Origin: Longimicrobiales bacterium
Lineage (GTDB): Bacteria; Gemmatimonadota; Gemmatimonadetes; Longimicrobiales; Gaopeijiaceae
Assembly (NCBI GenBank): GCA_963664435.2
Contig: CAXXKM010000002.1
Coordinates: 192,001 to 256,000, forward strand
DNA: 64,000 bases
Direction: 5' to 3'
Below are positions 28,982-38,981 of the stretch, piece after piece (within the stretch, counting starts at the first letter, position 1; every line of letters begins with the position of its first letter). Made by a program: the position numbers and the translations under genes. A model generated the notes under the pieces. It searched no databases. It was not told the DNA's origin and saw only the letters and a program-made list of their open reading frames with translations.

Positions 28982-29287
28982 CTAGGCGACCGCGTGCCGA
29001 GGCGTGACCTGTTCGGCGATCTCGCGACCCGCCTCGATCTCCGTTCGGCGAAGCTCCCAGGTCTTCTGCAGGTTCAGCCAGAGTTGCGGAGTCGTCCCGA
29101 AATATCTCGCCAGCCGCAAGGCCGTGTCGGCGGTCACGCCCCGCTGCCCGTTCAGAATCATTGTCACCCGGTTGACCGGCACGCCGAGCGCCTTCGAAAG
29201 CGCATTGGCCGACAGCCCCAGTTCGTCGAGTTCCTCGCGCAGGACTTCGCCCGGATGTACCGGCCTCATGCCGTTCCTCGCATTCAT
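28982..29287 (-). CDS. higA: HigA family antitoxin
   Basis: MRPVHPGEVLREE, HTH, TALRLARYFGTTPQLWLNLQ. Confidence 0.95.
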   Translation of the reverse strand: MNARNGMRPVHPGEVLREELDELGLSANALSKALGVPVNRVTMILNGQRGVTADTALRLARYFGTTPQLWLNLQKTWELRRTEIEAGREIAEQVTPRHAVA

Positions 29288-29298
29288 GCCACGTTCCC

Positions 29299-29577
29299 TC
29301 AATGATAATCCACGATCTCGACCTCGCTCGGCCCTTCGTCGGTCCAGCGGAAGCAGATACGCCATTGCGCGTTGATCCGAATGCTGTGCTGCCCGGCGCG
29401 GCCGCCTCGGAGTATCTCCAGCCGGTTACTCGGCAGCGCGGCCAAGTCGCCCAGCGTCTCCGCGCTGTCCAGCAGTGTCAGTCGGCGGACCGCCTGATCG
29501 GAGAACCCGTGAAACGCCGGGATACGCCGTCCCTCGAAGAAACGCCTCGTTTTCCGGTCCTTGAAGCTTCGGATCAT
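29299..29577 (-). CDS. higB: HigB (RelE/ParE superfamily) toxin
   Basis: MIRSFKD, PSNRLE, HSIRINAQWRICFRW, EIVDYH; toxin-first gene order. Confidence 0.95.
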   Translation of the reverse strand: MIRSFKDRKTRRFFEGRRIPAFHGFSDQAVRRLTLLDSAETLGDLAALPSNRLEILRGGRAGQHSIRINAQWRICFRWTDEGPSEVEIVDYH

Positions 29578-29585
29578 GTGACCCG

Positions 29586-29614
29586 AATGTACGCCGTATT
29601 ACGGATCCCGTAAA
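29586..29614 (-). promoter_or_regulatory. higBA promoter (TTTACG-N17-TACATT) with overlapping palindromic operator
   Basis: Inverted repeats TTACGG-ATC-CCGTAA (29599-29613) and CCGTA-T-TACGG (29594-29604); ATG lies 8 nt after the -10. Confidence 0.65.
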
Positions 29615-29756
29615 GGCTGGTTTGCCGCCTGACCGTGGGCCGACGACGAGGCCAGTGAGGCGCGGCGCCTACCCGCCAGCGTCCCGCAGCATGGGTGCGC
29701 GCTCATCGGTGACCCGCCCTGCCGTCCCAATCCAGCGGGTTGTCGTCCGGACCCCC

Positions 29757-32700
29757 CTACATGTTTCGCCGGTACTGCCCCCCGACTTCGTAGAGCACGG
29801 AGGTGATCTGCCCCAGCGTGCTCACCTTGCAGGCCTCCATGAGCGCGGCGAAGGTGTTGCCGCCCGCCAGCGCCACGCGCCTCAGTTCGTCCAGCGCGGC
29901 GTCGGCGCGGCCCTGATTGCGCGCCCTGAAGGCCCGGTTTGACGCGATGGCGTAGTCCTTCTCTTCGGGGTTGGCGCGGATGACCTCCTCGGGCACCCGC
30001 GTGGGCGACCCCTCCGGCCCCAGGAAGGTGTTCACCCCCACGATCGGCAATTCCCCGCTGTGTTTGCGCGACTCGTACTCGAGCGACTCGTCCTGGATGC
30101 GGCCGCGCTGGTACATGCGCTCCATCGCCCCAAGCACGCCCCCGCGCTCTGACAGCCGCAGGAACTCGCGCATGACCGCTTCTTCCACGAGGTCCGTCAG
30201 CTCCTCGATGATGAACGAGCCCTGCAGCGGGTTCTCGTTCCTGGACAGCCCCAGCTCCCTGCTGATGACGAGCTGAATCGCCAGGGCCCGGCGCACGCTC
30301 TCCTCGGTGGGCGTGGTGATGGCTTCGTCGTAGGCGTTGGTGTGCAGCGAGTTGCAGTTGTCGCAGAGGGCGTAGAGGGCCTGCAGCGTGGTGCGGATGT
30401 CGTTGAAGGCGATCTCCTGCGCGTGCAGGCTGCGTCCCGACGTCTGGATGTGGTACTTGAGCCTCCGGGAGCGGGCGTTGGCGCCGTACACGTGCTTCAT
30501 CGCCTTCGCCCAGATGCGGCGCGCCACCCGCCCCAGCACCACGTACTCCGGGTCCATGCCGTTGGAGAAGAAGAACGACAGATTGGGCGCGAAGTCGTCG
30601 ACGCGCATCCCGCGCGAGCGGTAGTACTCGACGTAGGTGAAGCCGTTCGCGAGGGTGAGCGCGAGCTGGGTGACGGGATTGGCGCCGGCTTCCGCGATGT
30701 GGTATCCGGAGATCGACACCGAATAGAAGTTCCGCACCCCCTCGTCGATGAAGTACTGCTGGATGTCGCCCATCAGGCGAAGCGCCAGCTCGATGGAGAA
30801 GATGCAGGTGTTCTGGGCCTGGTCCTCCTTGAGGATGTCCGCCTGGACGGTGCCGCGGACCACGGCGAGAGTCTTGCGCCGGATGCGCTCGTAGACGTCG
30901 GCCGGAAGGACTTCGTCGCCGCTCACGCCCAGCAGCATGAGGCCGAGGCCGTCGTTGCCCTCCGGCAGCGCGCCCTGGTAGCGGGGACGCTCCACGCCGC
31001 GCTTGCGATAGAGGGCCTGGATGCGCTCCTCTACCTCCGCTTCGAGCCCGTTCTCGCGGATATGGAGCTCGCACTGCTGGTCGATGGCCGCGTTCAGAAA
31101 GAAGCCGAGCAGCATGGGCGCGGGCCCGTTGATGGTCATCGAGACGCTGGTGGACGGGTCCGCGAGGTTGAAGCCGGAGTAGAGCTTCTTGGCGTCGTCC
31201 ACCGAGGCCACGCTCACGCCCGAGTTGCCGACCTTTCCGTAGATGTCCATGCGCTCGTCCGGGTCCTCGCCGTAGAGCGTCACCGAGTCGAAGGCGGTGG
31301 AGAGCCGGTTGGCCAGGCTGGCGCGGCTGAGGAAGTGGAAGCGCCGGTTGGTGCGCTCGGGGCCGCCCTCGCCGGCGAACATGCGCTGCGGATGCTCCTC
31401 GAGCCGCCGCAGGGGAAAGACTGCGGCGGTGTAGGGAAACGCCCCCGGGACGTTCTCGGTGAGCCGCCAGCGCAGCACTTCCCCCCAGTCCCGGAAGCGG
31501 GGGAGCACTACCCGGGGGATGCGCGAGCCGGCGAGCGACTCGCTGAACAGGCTCCGCTCCACCTTCCGGCCACGAACCTGGTAGGCGTAGGTGCCGGCCC
31601 GGTAGCGGCGCTTCACGGCCGGCCATTCCTCGAGCAGGGCCAGGCTGCGTTGGTCGAGGCGCGCGCGCGTCCGCCGGTAGAGGTCGACCAGGCGGGCGAG
31701 CGGTTCGTCTTCGCCGGCCGCGGCGGGGAGGTCGGGCGCGACCTCCTCCGGTTCGTCCCCGGCAGGCGCGCCCGACGCTCCGGGGCCCGCCCCTCCCCCG
31801 CGCCAGCCGGAAGCCCGCGTGTCAGCGTTGGCGGGCCGGGGGGCGCTGCCGGCAGTGGCCCCTTCCCGCAGCAGCCGGATCGCTCCGTGCAGCTGGTACA
31901 GCTGGCGGGCCAGGGCGGCCTGCTCGTCGGCGCGCCGGTCGTAGTCGCGCCCCGCCTCCACGATCTCCGCCAGGTAGCGGGTGCGTTCCGGCGGAATCGG
32001 CGTGTGTTCGGCACGGTCGTCGTCGACGGGATCGTGCTCGGTCGCGAGGGGCGCGCCGGTCTTGCGCCGCAGCTGGTCGAGGAGCGCCAGGTACAGACGG
32101 TTGACGCCGGCGTCGTTGAAGCGCGAGGCCACCGTGCCGTACACCGGAAGCGCCTCGTCGGGCGCGGTCCACATGCGGTGGTTGCGCCGGTACTGCTTGC
32201 GCACGTCCCGGAGCGCGTCCAGCGCCCCCGGGCGGTCGAACTTGTTGATGGCGACCACGTCCGCGTAGTCCAGCATGTCGATCTTCTCGAGCTGGCTGGC
32301 GGCGCCGTACTCGGCCGTCATCACGTACAGCGACACATCGGAGTGCCCGACCACTTCGGCGCCGAACTGACCGATCCCGGGCGTCTCGATGATCACCAGG
32401 TCGTAGCCGGCGGCCTTGCAGATGTCCACCGCGTGGCGCGCGTGCGGGGACAGGCCGAGGGTCGAGGCGCGGGTGGCCAGCGAGCGCATGTAGACCCGCG
32501 GGCTGGCGGCGGCGTTGACCCGGATGCGGTCGCCCAGCAGCGCGCCCCCGGTGCGGCGTTTGGACGGATCCACCGAGACGATCGCGACCCGGCCGTCGGG
32601 GGTGCCGGACAGGTAGCGCCGCACCAGCTCGTCCACCAGCGACGACTTGCCCGAGCCGCCCGTGCCCGTGACGCCCAGCACCGGCACGCGCCGCGCGGTC

Positions 32701-33284
32701 GCCATCTCCGCCACCATCTCCATCGCTTCGGCCGCGCCCGGGTATCCGTTCTCGGCCGCCGAGATCAGGCGCGCGACCGCCCCCACGTCCGCCCGCCCGA
32801 GCGCGCGCACGTGGCCCTCCGGATCGTCGAGCGACGAGCGCACCGAACGGCGGGCCCCCTCGAGCACTTCGTCGATCATCCCCTGGAGCCCCATCGCCCG
32901 CCCGTCGTCGGGAGAGAAGATCCGGTCGATGCCGCGCCGGTGCAGCTCTTCGACTTCCGTGGGGAGGATGGTCCCGCCCCCGCCGCCGAAGACGCGGATG
33001 TCCGCGCCCCGCTCGCGCAGCAGGTCGCGCACATAGGTGAAGAACTCCATGTGCCCGCCCTGGTACGAGCTGATCGCGATGGCGTGCGCGTCCTCCTGGA
33101 TCGCACACTCGACGATCTCGAGGGCGGAGCGGTTGTGCCCCAGGTGGATGACTTCCGCGCCGGAGTCCTGGAGGATCCGGCGCATCACGTTGATGGCGGC
33201 GTCGTGTCCGTCGAAGAGCGACGCCGCCGTGACTACCCGGATGGGCTGAGCGGTACGCGGCGGGGCGGCAGCAAGGCGATCCAT
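29757..33284 (-). CDS. icmF: Fused isobutyryl-CoA mutase / MeaI GTPase
   Basis: N-terminal B12-binding [10 protein letters not shown], GTPase GTGGSGKSS and NKFD, mutase RMFAGEG (Phe specificity residue), HIQTSGRSL. Confidence 0.95.
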   Translation of the reverse strand: MDRLAAAPPRTAQPIRVVTAASLFDGHDAAINVMRRILQDSGAEVIHLGHNRSALEIVECAIQEDAHAIAISSYQGGHMEFFTYVRDLLRERGADIRVFGGGGGTILPTEVEELHRRGIDRIFSPDDGRAMGLQGMIDEVLEGARRSVRSSLDDPEGHVRALGRADVGAVARLISAAENGYPGAAEAMEMVAEMATARRVPVLGVTGTGGSGKSSLVDELVRRYLSGTPDGRVAIVSVDPSKRRTGGALLGDRIRVNAAASPRVYMRSLATRASTLGLSPHARHAVDICKAAGYDLVIIETPGIGQFGAEVVGHSDVSLYVMTAEYGAASQLEKIDMLDYADVVAINKFDRPGALDALRDVRKQYRRNHRMWTAPDEALPVYGTVASRFNDAGVNRLYLALLDQLRRKTGAPLATEHDPVDDDRAEHTPIPPERTRYLAEIVEAGRDYDRRADEQAALARQLYQLHGAIRLLREGATAGSAPRPANADTRASGWRGGGAGPGASGAPAGDEPEEVAPDLPAAAGEDEPLARLVDLYRRTRARLDQRSLALLEEWPAVKRRYRAGTYAYQVRGRKVERSLFSESLAGSRIPRVVLPRFRDWGEVLRWRLTENVPGAFPYTAAVFPLRRLEEHPQRMFAGEGGPERTNRRFHFLSRASLANRLSTAFDSVTLYGEDPDERMDIYGKVGNSGVSVASVDDAKKLYSGFNLADPSTSVSMTINGPAPMLLGFFLNAAIDQQCELHIRENGLEAEVEERIQALYRKRGVERPRYQGALPEGNDGLGLMLLGVSGDEVLPADVYERIRRKTLAVVRGTVQADILKEDQAQNTCIFSIELALRLMGDIQQYFIDEGVRNFYSVSISGYHIAEAGANPVTQLALTLANGFTYVEYYRSRGMRVDDFAPNLSFFFSNGMDPEYVVLGRVARRIWAKAMKHVYGANARSRRLKYHIQTSGRSLHAQEIAFNDIRTTLQALYALCDNCNSLHTNAYDEAITTPTEESVRRALAIQLVISRELGLSRNENPLQGSFIIEELTDLVEEAVMREFLRLSERGGVLGAMERMYQRGRIQDESLEYESRKHSGELPIVGVNTFLGPEGSPTRVPEEVIRANPEEKDYAIASNRAFRARNQGRADAALDELRRVALAGGNTFAALMEACKVSTLGQITSVLYEVGGQYRRNM

Positions 33285-33294
33285 CCAGCCTCCT

Positions 33295-34245
33295 TCACGG
33301 CACGATCACCGAGAGCGCCGAGGGGACGACATCCACGCGCACCTTGCCCGTGCGCGACTGATGCACGTCGCCGTCGACCTCGTAACGTACGCGCTCGCCG
33401 AACTGCACGGCAAAAGCGCGATGCTGGCGCAGAGAAACCTCCTTCGCGCCCACATGCCTGCCCTTCTCGGCGAGGCTGAACAGCCGGGCCCGTCCCAGCG
33501 GCGAGGAATCGGCGATCGCGCACGCGTCCAGCCGCCCATCCTCGAGGTCCGCGTCCGGGGCGATCGGGAATCCGCCCCCGAAGATGCGTCCGTTCGATAT
33601 GGTGAGGATGAGGTGCCGTCCCTCGGTCCTCCAGCCACCGCCGTCCGACAGGCGCAGCCGCGAACTCCGGTACAGGAACAACTGCTGCAGGGCGGTGACC
33701 TTGTACAGGACCGCCCCCCGCAGGAAGCGGGCTCTCAGGCTGGCGTCGATGACGGCGATGTCGAAGCCGAAACCCACCAGGTTCAGGAAGTGGCGCGGGG
33801 TATCGCGCCAGGCTGTGCCGGATGCCACCTCCGGATAGGGTGCGGGACGCCACCCCGACACCACCCGCCCCACGTCGATACGGCGGGTCCGGCCCGCCGC
33901 CAGCGCCGCCACCGCCTTCTCCGGGTCGCCGTAGCTGAGCCCGAGGCTCCTGGCGAAGTCGTTCCCGGTTCCCGCAGCCAGCAGGCCCAGCGACACATCC
34001 GTGCGCCCGGATGCCACCACGCGGTCGGCCACCTGGCTGCAGGTGCCGTCGCCCCCCACGGCCACGATCAGCTCCGCCCCGTCGGCGATTGCCTTGCCCG
34101 CGAGTTCGGCTTCCTCGCCCGGCGCCGTGGTCGACGCCCACTCGTAGGCATCGAGGTGCCTGTCGAGGAGCCCACGGTAGAGGGGGAGGCGGCGCGCGCC
34201 CCGTCCGCGGCCGGAAGCCGGGTTGAAGACGACGAAGGTGCGCAC
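33295..34245 (-). CDS. Diacylglycerol/sphingosine kinase family lipid kinase
   Basis: [32 protein letters not shown]. Confidence 0.92.
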   Translation of the reverse strand: MRTFVVFNPASGRGRGARRLPLYRGLLDRHLDAYEWASTTAPGEEAELAGKAIADGAELIVAVGGDGTCSQVADRVVASGRTDVSLGLLAAGTGNDFARSLGLSYGDPEKAVAALAAGRTRRIDVGRVVSGWRPAPYPEVASGTAWRDTPRHFLNLVGFGFDIAVIDASLRARFLRGAVLYKVTALQQLFLYRSSRLRLSDGGGWRTEGRHLILTISNGRIFGGGFPIAPDADLEDGRLDACAIADSSPLGRARLFSLAEKGRHVGAKEVSLRQHRAFAVQFGERVRYEVDGDVHQSRTGKVRVDVVPSALSVIVP

Positions 34246-34253
34246 CCCGTCGC

Positions 34254-34916
34254 TCAGATGTGCTCCAGTTCCTCGAATACCTGGACGCCGTTCCTCATCC
34301 ACTGCTCGCGAAACGGATAAGTGGCCACCTGGTCCAGGGTCAGCTGGGAGGTCATCGGGTGCTCATGCAGCTTCAGCGACCCCAGCTCCTCCTCGTGCTC
34401 GCTGTGCGGCCCCTGCATGTGGATGTCCACCTTGAAGCGGTCGTCGCCGTTGACCATGAACGACTGGTAGAGGTGATCGACCTTCGCCGACCGGTGGTCC
34501 GCGATCTCGAAATCCAGGACGGGCTGGTCTCCGTCGCGCACCTCCACCCGCATGCGTCCGTCCGAGGGCTGGAGGCTGATGTCGAGATCCTTCATGTAGT
34601 GCGGAAGATGCCAGCGCTCGATGGCGTGCTCGCGCGACGCCTCCGTGCTCGTCCCGACGAGGTAGGGGTAGAATGCGGATTTCGCCATACCCTGGCCCGG
34701 ACTCACCAGCGGCGGGACGATGACCGAAAGCACGATCTCCTGATAGGGTCCGACCATGCTGTCGGTGAAGTCGAAGGCGGTGACCGCAAGGATGCTTGCC
34801 TCGTGCTGCACTTCGAGCGGCTGCAGGTGCGGGGGAAGGATGCGGCGGGCATCCGAGGTGGCGATTTCGAAGAAGGCGCTGACCGCCTCCGAATAGTGAT
34901 ACCGGGTCAGGGGCAT
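34254..34916 (-). CDS. Acetoacetate decarboxylase (ADC)-fold protein
   Basis: C-terminal part of ORF 34254..36077 from ATG 34916; ARRILPPHLQP, DSMVGPYQE, ERWHLPH pattern. Confidence 0.65.
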   Translation of the reverse strand: MPLTRYHYSEAVSAFFEIATSDARRILPPHLQPLEVQHEASILAVTAFDFTDSMVGPYQEIVLSVIVPPLVSPGQGMAKSAFYPYLVGTSTEASREHAIERWHLPHYMKDLDISLQPSDGRMRVEVRDGDQPVLDFEIADHRSAKVDHLYQSFMVNGDDRFKVDIHMQGPHSEHEEELGSLKLHEHPMTSQLTLDQVATYPFREQWMRNGVQVFEELEHI

Positions 34917-36316
34917 TTTCCGTATTTCTTGAGAATGGAGACGATGATCTCGGCGCCCTCCTTCAACTCCGCCCGGGTGTGGGATGCCGAGATGGACATG
35001 CGGAAACGCGACTTGTGCTTGCCCACCGCCGGGAAGCGGACGGGGTTGATGTAGACGCCCGCGTGCAGCAGATCCTCCGCGATCTGGAAGATGCCGGCAT
35101 CGTCGCGGATCATGATGGAGATCACCTGCGAAGTGGAGTCCCCGACGTCCACGCCCGCCTCGCGCATGAGTGCGTGCATGTAGCGGGCGTTGTCCCACAG
35201 CCTCTCGCGGAGCTCCGGTTCGGACCGGGCGATCTCGAGCGCCTTCAGGAGCCCGGCCGTCACCGGGGGCGGAAGCGCGCAGGAGAAGACGCGGGAACGC
35301 GCGAAGCCGCGCAGATAGTAGATGAGCTCGGCGGGTCCGGCGACGAACCCTCCCAACCCGCCCAGGCTCTTGGAGAAGGTTCCCAGGTGGATGTCGACCT
35401 CGTCGTCGAGACCGAAGTGCTCGGCGACGCCGCGGCCGTTGGGCCCGTAGACGAAGGTGGAGTGCGCCTCGTCGATGAGGAGGCGCGCCCCGTGCTTGCG
35501 GCAAACGTCGACGATCGCGGGCAGATCGGCCACGTCCCCGTCCATCGAGTACACACCCTCGACGACCACCAGCTTCTTGCCGCTGAACCCGTTCAGCTTG
35601 CGGTCCAGATCCGCCGCGTTGTTGTGCTTGAAGAAGCGGGATGTCGCCTTGGACAGGATCATCCCGTCGACGACGCTCGCGTGGGCCAGCTTGTCCGCCA
35701 CCACCAGATCGCCCGGGCGCATCAGGCCGGCGATGAGCCCGACGTTGGCGCTGTAGCCGGTCGGGAAGATGAGTGCGGCTTCCTTGCCCTTGAAGGATGC
35801 GACCTCGTTGGCGAGGCGCTTGTGCAGGTCCGTGGTGCCGGAGAGCACGGGCGATCCGGAGGCGCCTGCCCCGTACTTGCGCACGGCGTCGCAGATGGCC
35901 TCGATCACCTCCGGGCGGTAGGAAAGCCCCAGATAGTTGTAGGACGCGAAGTTGATCAGGCCCTCGAGGTTTTCCCGGGTCTTGGGATCCTCGATCTCGA
36001 CTCGGGTCGCGGGCGCGGAACCCAGCGGCAACCCGTAAAGGTAGTAGCCCGCCCCGAACTCGGCGTCCTTCCACCACTCCCCGAAGGGCTCCAGAATCCC
36101 GAAGGGATCGGTGCCTGCTCCGAAATAGAAGTTGGTGTAATCGTAGTCGCTCAAGCCCCGCAGCGGCGGCCGGTCATCGTCCTGGGGGGTCGAGCCGTGG
36201 GAGGCGCCGCGCGCTCCGTCCGAATCGACGGTAGCGAGATCCGTTGCTCCGCCGGCCGCCGCCTGCCGCGTTGACGCCGAAGCGGATTTCCTGCTAGCGT
36301 TTCGAATGTCACTCAT
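34907..36316 (-). CDS. PLP-dependent alpha-oxoamine synthase (serine palmitoyltransferase/BioF/Kbl family)
   Basis: NFASYNYLGL, FPTGYSAN, HASVVDG, EGVYSMDGD, DEAHS, GTFSKSLG; lipid-gene neighbourhood favours SPT. Confidence 0.85.
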   Translation of the reverse strand: MSDIRNASRKSASASTRQAAAGGATDLATVDSDGARGASHGSTPQDDDRPPLRGLSDYDYTNFYFGAGTDPFGILEPFGEWWKDAEFGAGYYLYGLPLGSAPATRVEIEDPKTRENLEGLINFASYNYLGLSYRPEVIEAICDAVRKYGAGASGSPVLSGTTDLHKRLANEVASFKGKEAALIFPTGYSANVGLIAGLMRPGDLVVADKLAHASVVDGMILSKATSRFFKHNNAADLDRKLNGFSGKKLVVVEGVYSMDGDVADLPAIVDVCRKHGARLLIDEAHSTFVYGPNGRGVAEHFGLDDEVDIHLGTFSKSLGGLGGFVAGPAELIYYLRGFARSRVFSCALPPPVTAGLLKALEIARSEPELRERLWDNARYMHALMREAGVDVGDSTSQVISIMIRDDAGIFQIAEDLLHAGVYINPVRFPAVGKHKSRFRMSISASHTRAELKEGAEIIVSILKKYGKCP

Positions 36317-36370
36317 ATGTTTGCCCGATGTTCTTCCGATCGGACCACACCCGCCATTCAGGACACGTCA

Positions 36371-37141
36371 TTGGACCTCCGTGGCGCCTTGACTCTCACC
36401 GCGCTCGGCGCGGCGCTACTGGCCTGCGACCTTGTTCAGCGCCTCCTGATCGCACCCATGGCGCGATTGCTGCCGGGGAACCGTGACGCTCTGCTCACGG
36501 AGTGGCAGCGCTTCACGGCCCATGTGGTCATCTTCTTCCTTCGCCATATGGGCGGAGTGCGTTTCGGCGAGTTGCCGGACATCCCGTCAACCCGCGGCGT
36601 GCTGGTGCTCATGAACCACCAGTCGCTGCTCGACATCCCGCTCGTCGTGGCGTCGATGCGCGGCGTCTACCCCCGCATCGTCACGCGCAGGCGATACGCC
36701 CGCGGCGTTCCCCTAATATCCCACATGACAAGGCTGTACCGATACCCCTTGGTCGATGCGAGAGCAACCCTGCGCGGCGAGCTGAAGCGGCTTCGCCGGG
36801 AAGCGGCCGCTTCCACGCATCCCCTCGTCATCTACCCGGAGGGAACCCGGAGCAGGACGGGTCGCATCGGCCCCTTCAAGACGCTGGGGCTGGCGACCAT
36901 TCTGGCGGCGCGCCGCTGGAGCGTGTACGTCGTGGTGGCGGACGGATTGTGGAAGTGGACGCGACTCAGGGACTTCTTCGGAAACCTATCGTTGATGCGC
37001 ACCCGCGTCGAGTGCCTGGGACCCTTCGAATCGCCGGCGGCGGATGCCGATCTGGATGGGTTCATCATGGAGATGCGGGGCGTCATGATCGGAATGCTCG
37101 ACGAAATGCGGGGCGTCCCCACGGCGGCGGAGCCCGTATGA
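36371..37141 (+). CDS. PlsC-like lysophospholipid acyltransferase
   Basis: NHQSLLD (HxxxxD), IYPEGTRS, PFK. Probable TTG start at 36371. Confidence 0.88.
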   Translation: MDLRGALTLTALGAALLACDLVQRLLIAPMARLLPGNRDALLTEWQRFTAHVVIFFLRHMGGVRFGELPDIPSTRGVLVLMNHQSLLDIPLVVASMRGVYPRIVTRRRYARGVPLISHMTRLYRYPLVDARATLRGELKRLRREAAASTHPLVIYPEGTRSRTGRIGPFKTLGLATILAARRWSVYVVVADGLWKWTRLRDFFGNLSLMRTRVECLGPFESPAADADLDGFIMEMRGVMIGMLDEMRGVPTAAEPV

Positions 37142-38169
37142 CGAGCTCGGACGCGCCCATCGAGCACCTGGTTTCCGGGCTGCGGGAGACCGGCGGCGAC
37201 GGGCTGCTGGCGGTGCTGGCGTACGGCTCGCGGCTCGTGTCGGCAAGCCCGGACCGGCACAGCGCCTGGGACCTGGTCGTCGTGGTCGAAGACTACCGTG
37301 CGTTCTATCGCGCACTCCACGAAGACGGACACACGGCGCGCAGTGCGACGTTGCTCGCGACCGTGAGCCGCGTGCTGGCTCCGACCGTCATCGCCTTCTG
37401 GCCGGCTCCGCCGGACGGACCGCTGGCCAAGTGCCTCGTCCTCTCGCGCGCCGACTTCCAGCGGGAACTGGGGCCGCGCCGCCTCGACCACTTCTGCCTG
37501 GGCCGGATGGCGCACCACATCTCGGTCGTGCATGCCCGCGACCCGGACGCGGCCGCGTGGGTCGAGGGGCTGGTGGCCCGCGCACGGCAGATGGTGCTCG
37601 ACTGGACGCTCCCGTTTCTGGGGGGTTCGTTCTCCGTGGACGATTTCTGCCGGCGCATGCTCGAGATCTCGTACGCCGGAGAGATCCGGCCGGAACGCGG
37701 AGGCCGGGCAAGCGCCGTGTACGAGGCCCAGCGGGAGACGCTGCGCGGCATCTACACTCCCATCCTGGAGGCCCAGGTGGCGTCGGGGATGCTCGAGCGG
37801 ACGAACGGCAAGTACCGCGCGGCTCATCCCGCGTCGACCGTGGCCCAGCTCAGGCTGAACGCCTACTTCGGCATCAGCAAGGCACGCGCCACCACCCGCT
37901 GGGTCAAGCACATGCTCACGTTCGACAGCTGGTTCCCCTACATCGTGCGCAAGGTCGAACGGCGCACCGGGATGACGATCGAGATCACGCCTCTGGAGCG
38001 GCGCTTCCCCTTCCCGCTCCTGCTCCCCAAGGCGTTGCGGGTGCTGCGGGCACGCGGCCGGGAGCGAAACGGAAGCACAACGACGACGCGGACCGCCGCC
38101 GACAGGACGCACGGACGCCGTACGGCCGGGCCACGCGGCCGGAACCACCCCGGGGGCAAGGTCCCTTGA
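37138..38169 (+). CDS. Tam41/Mmp37-like nucleotidyltransferase (putative lipid cytidylyltransferase)
   Basis: LAYGS...DLVVVVEDY pol-beta-type motif, GRM, ISYAGEIRPE; coupled to PlsC and the CDP-alcohol transferase. Confidence 0.62.
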   Translation: MTSSDAPIEHLVSGLRETGGDGLLAVLAYGSRLVSASPDRHSAWDLVVVVEDYRAFYRALHEDGHTARSATLLATVSRVLAPTVIAFWPAPPDGPLAKCLVLSRADFQRELGPRRLDHFCLGRMAHHISVVHARDPDAAAWVEGLVARARQMVLDWTLPFLGGSFSVDDFCRRMLEISYAGEIRPERGGRASAVYEAQRETLRGIYTPILEAQVASGMLERTNGKYRAAHPASTVAQLRLNAYFGISKARATTRWVKHMLTFDSWFPYIVRKVERRTGMTIEITPLERRFPFPLLLPKALRVLRARGRERNGSTTTTRTAADRTHGRRTAGPRGRNHPGGKVP

Positions 38170-38900
38170 GACCCGAGCTGACGGTGCTGGTCGCGGTGGC
38201 GGGGTTCGCGCTCGCCACCATGCCGATCTTCGCGCTGAGTGCCGCCAACCGTGCGGTGGATGCGCTTGAGTCGACCACCCGGGGCAAGTTCGTTCTCGGT
38301 TCCTTTGCGCGCCGCTGGTTCTACTGGTTCGTGCGGCCTGTGGAGAAGGCCTCGCTCGCTCTTGGGCTTGCGCCGCTCTTCTACAACCTGCTCGGGGTTG
38401 CGTTCGGCGGGGTCGCCGGGTGGTTGTTCGCGTCCGGCCGATATGCCATGGGCGGCTGGTCGCTCCTGCTGAGCGGCGTCGCCGATGCCCTGGACGGGCG
38501 CATCGCGCGGGCGCGTGGACTGGCTTCGCCCCGTGGGGCGTTCCTGGACTCGACCCTCGACCGTTTCGCCGAGGTGGCCGCGTTCGTGGGGCTCGCGGTG
38601 GCGTTTCGCGGCTCCGGGGCGGCGCTCGCCGTGGTGGCGGCGGCGCTGGGTGGCTCGCTGCTTGTGAGCTACACGCGCGCGCGCGGCGAGAGCCAGGGCG
38701 TACTGTGCACGGCGGGCGTCATGCAGCGCGCCGAACGGCTCCTGCTGATCGGCTTCGGGGCGATCCTGGACGGCACCGGTTCCGCGCTGCTCGGGCGCGA
38801 CGCGGGCACGGTCCTGCTGGCCGTGCTCACGGTGACCGCGGTGGGCACCATGGCGACCGCCGTCTTCCGCACGGTGTGGATCGCGCGAAGACTGACGTAA
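38166..38900 (+). CDS. CDP-alcohol phosphatidyltransferase
   Basis: DALDGRIAR...GAFLDSTLDRFAE, VSYTRARGE, MQRAER; TTGA overlap with the upstream gene. Confidence 0.92.
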   Translation: MRPELTVLVAVAGFALATMPIFALSAANRAVDALESTTRGKFVLGSFARRWFYWFVRPVEKASLALGLAPLFYNLLGVAFGGVAGWLFASGRYAMGGWSLLLSGVADALDGRIARARGLASPRGAFLDSTLDRFAEVAAFVGLAVAFRGSGAALAVVAAALGGSLLVSYTRARGESQGVLCTAGVMQRAERLLLIGFGAILDGTGSALLGRDAGTVLLAVLTVTAVGTMATAVFRTVWIARRLT

Positions 38901-38981
38901 CGTCAGGGTTTGGGGCGCGGGGGACGCTGCGGTCCAAACAGATGTTCCGGCAATAGTCGCCCCGGCCGAGTCGACCCTGCT

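Noticed and set aside
34907..36316. bioF (biotin) or kbl symbol
   Set aside because: No bio or tdh genes nearby and the neighbours are lipid enzymes; left without a symbol pending phylogeny.
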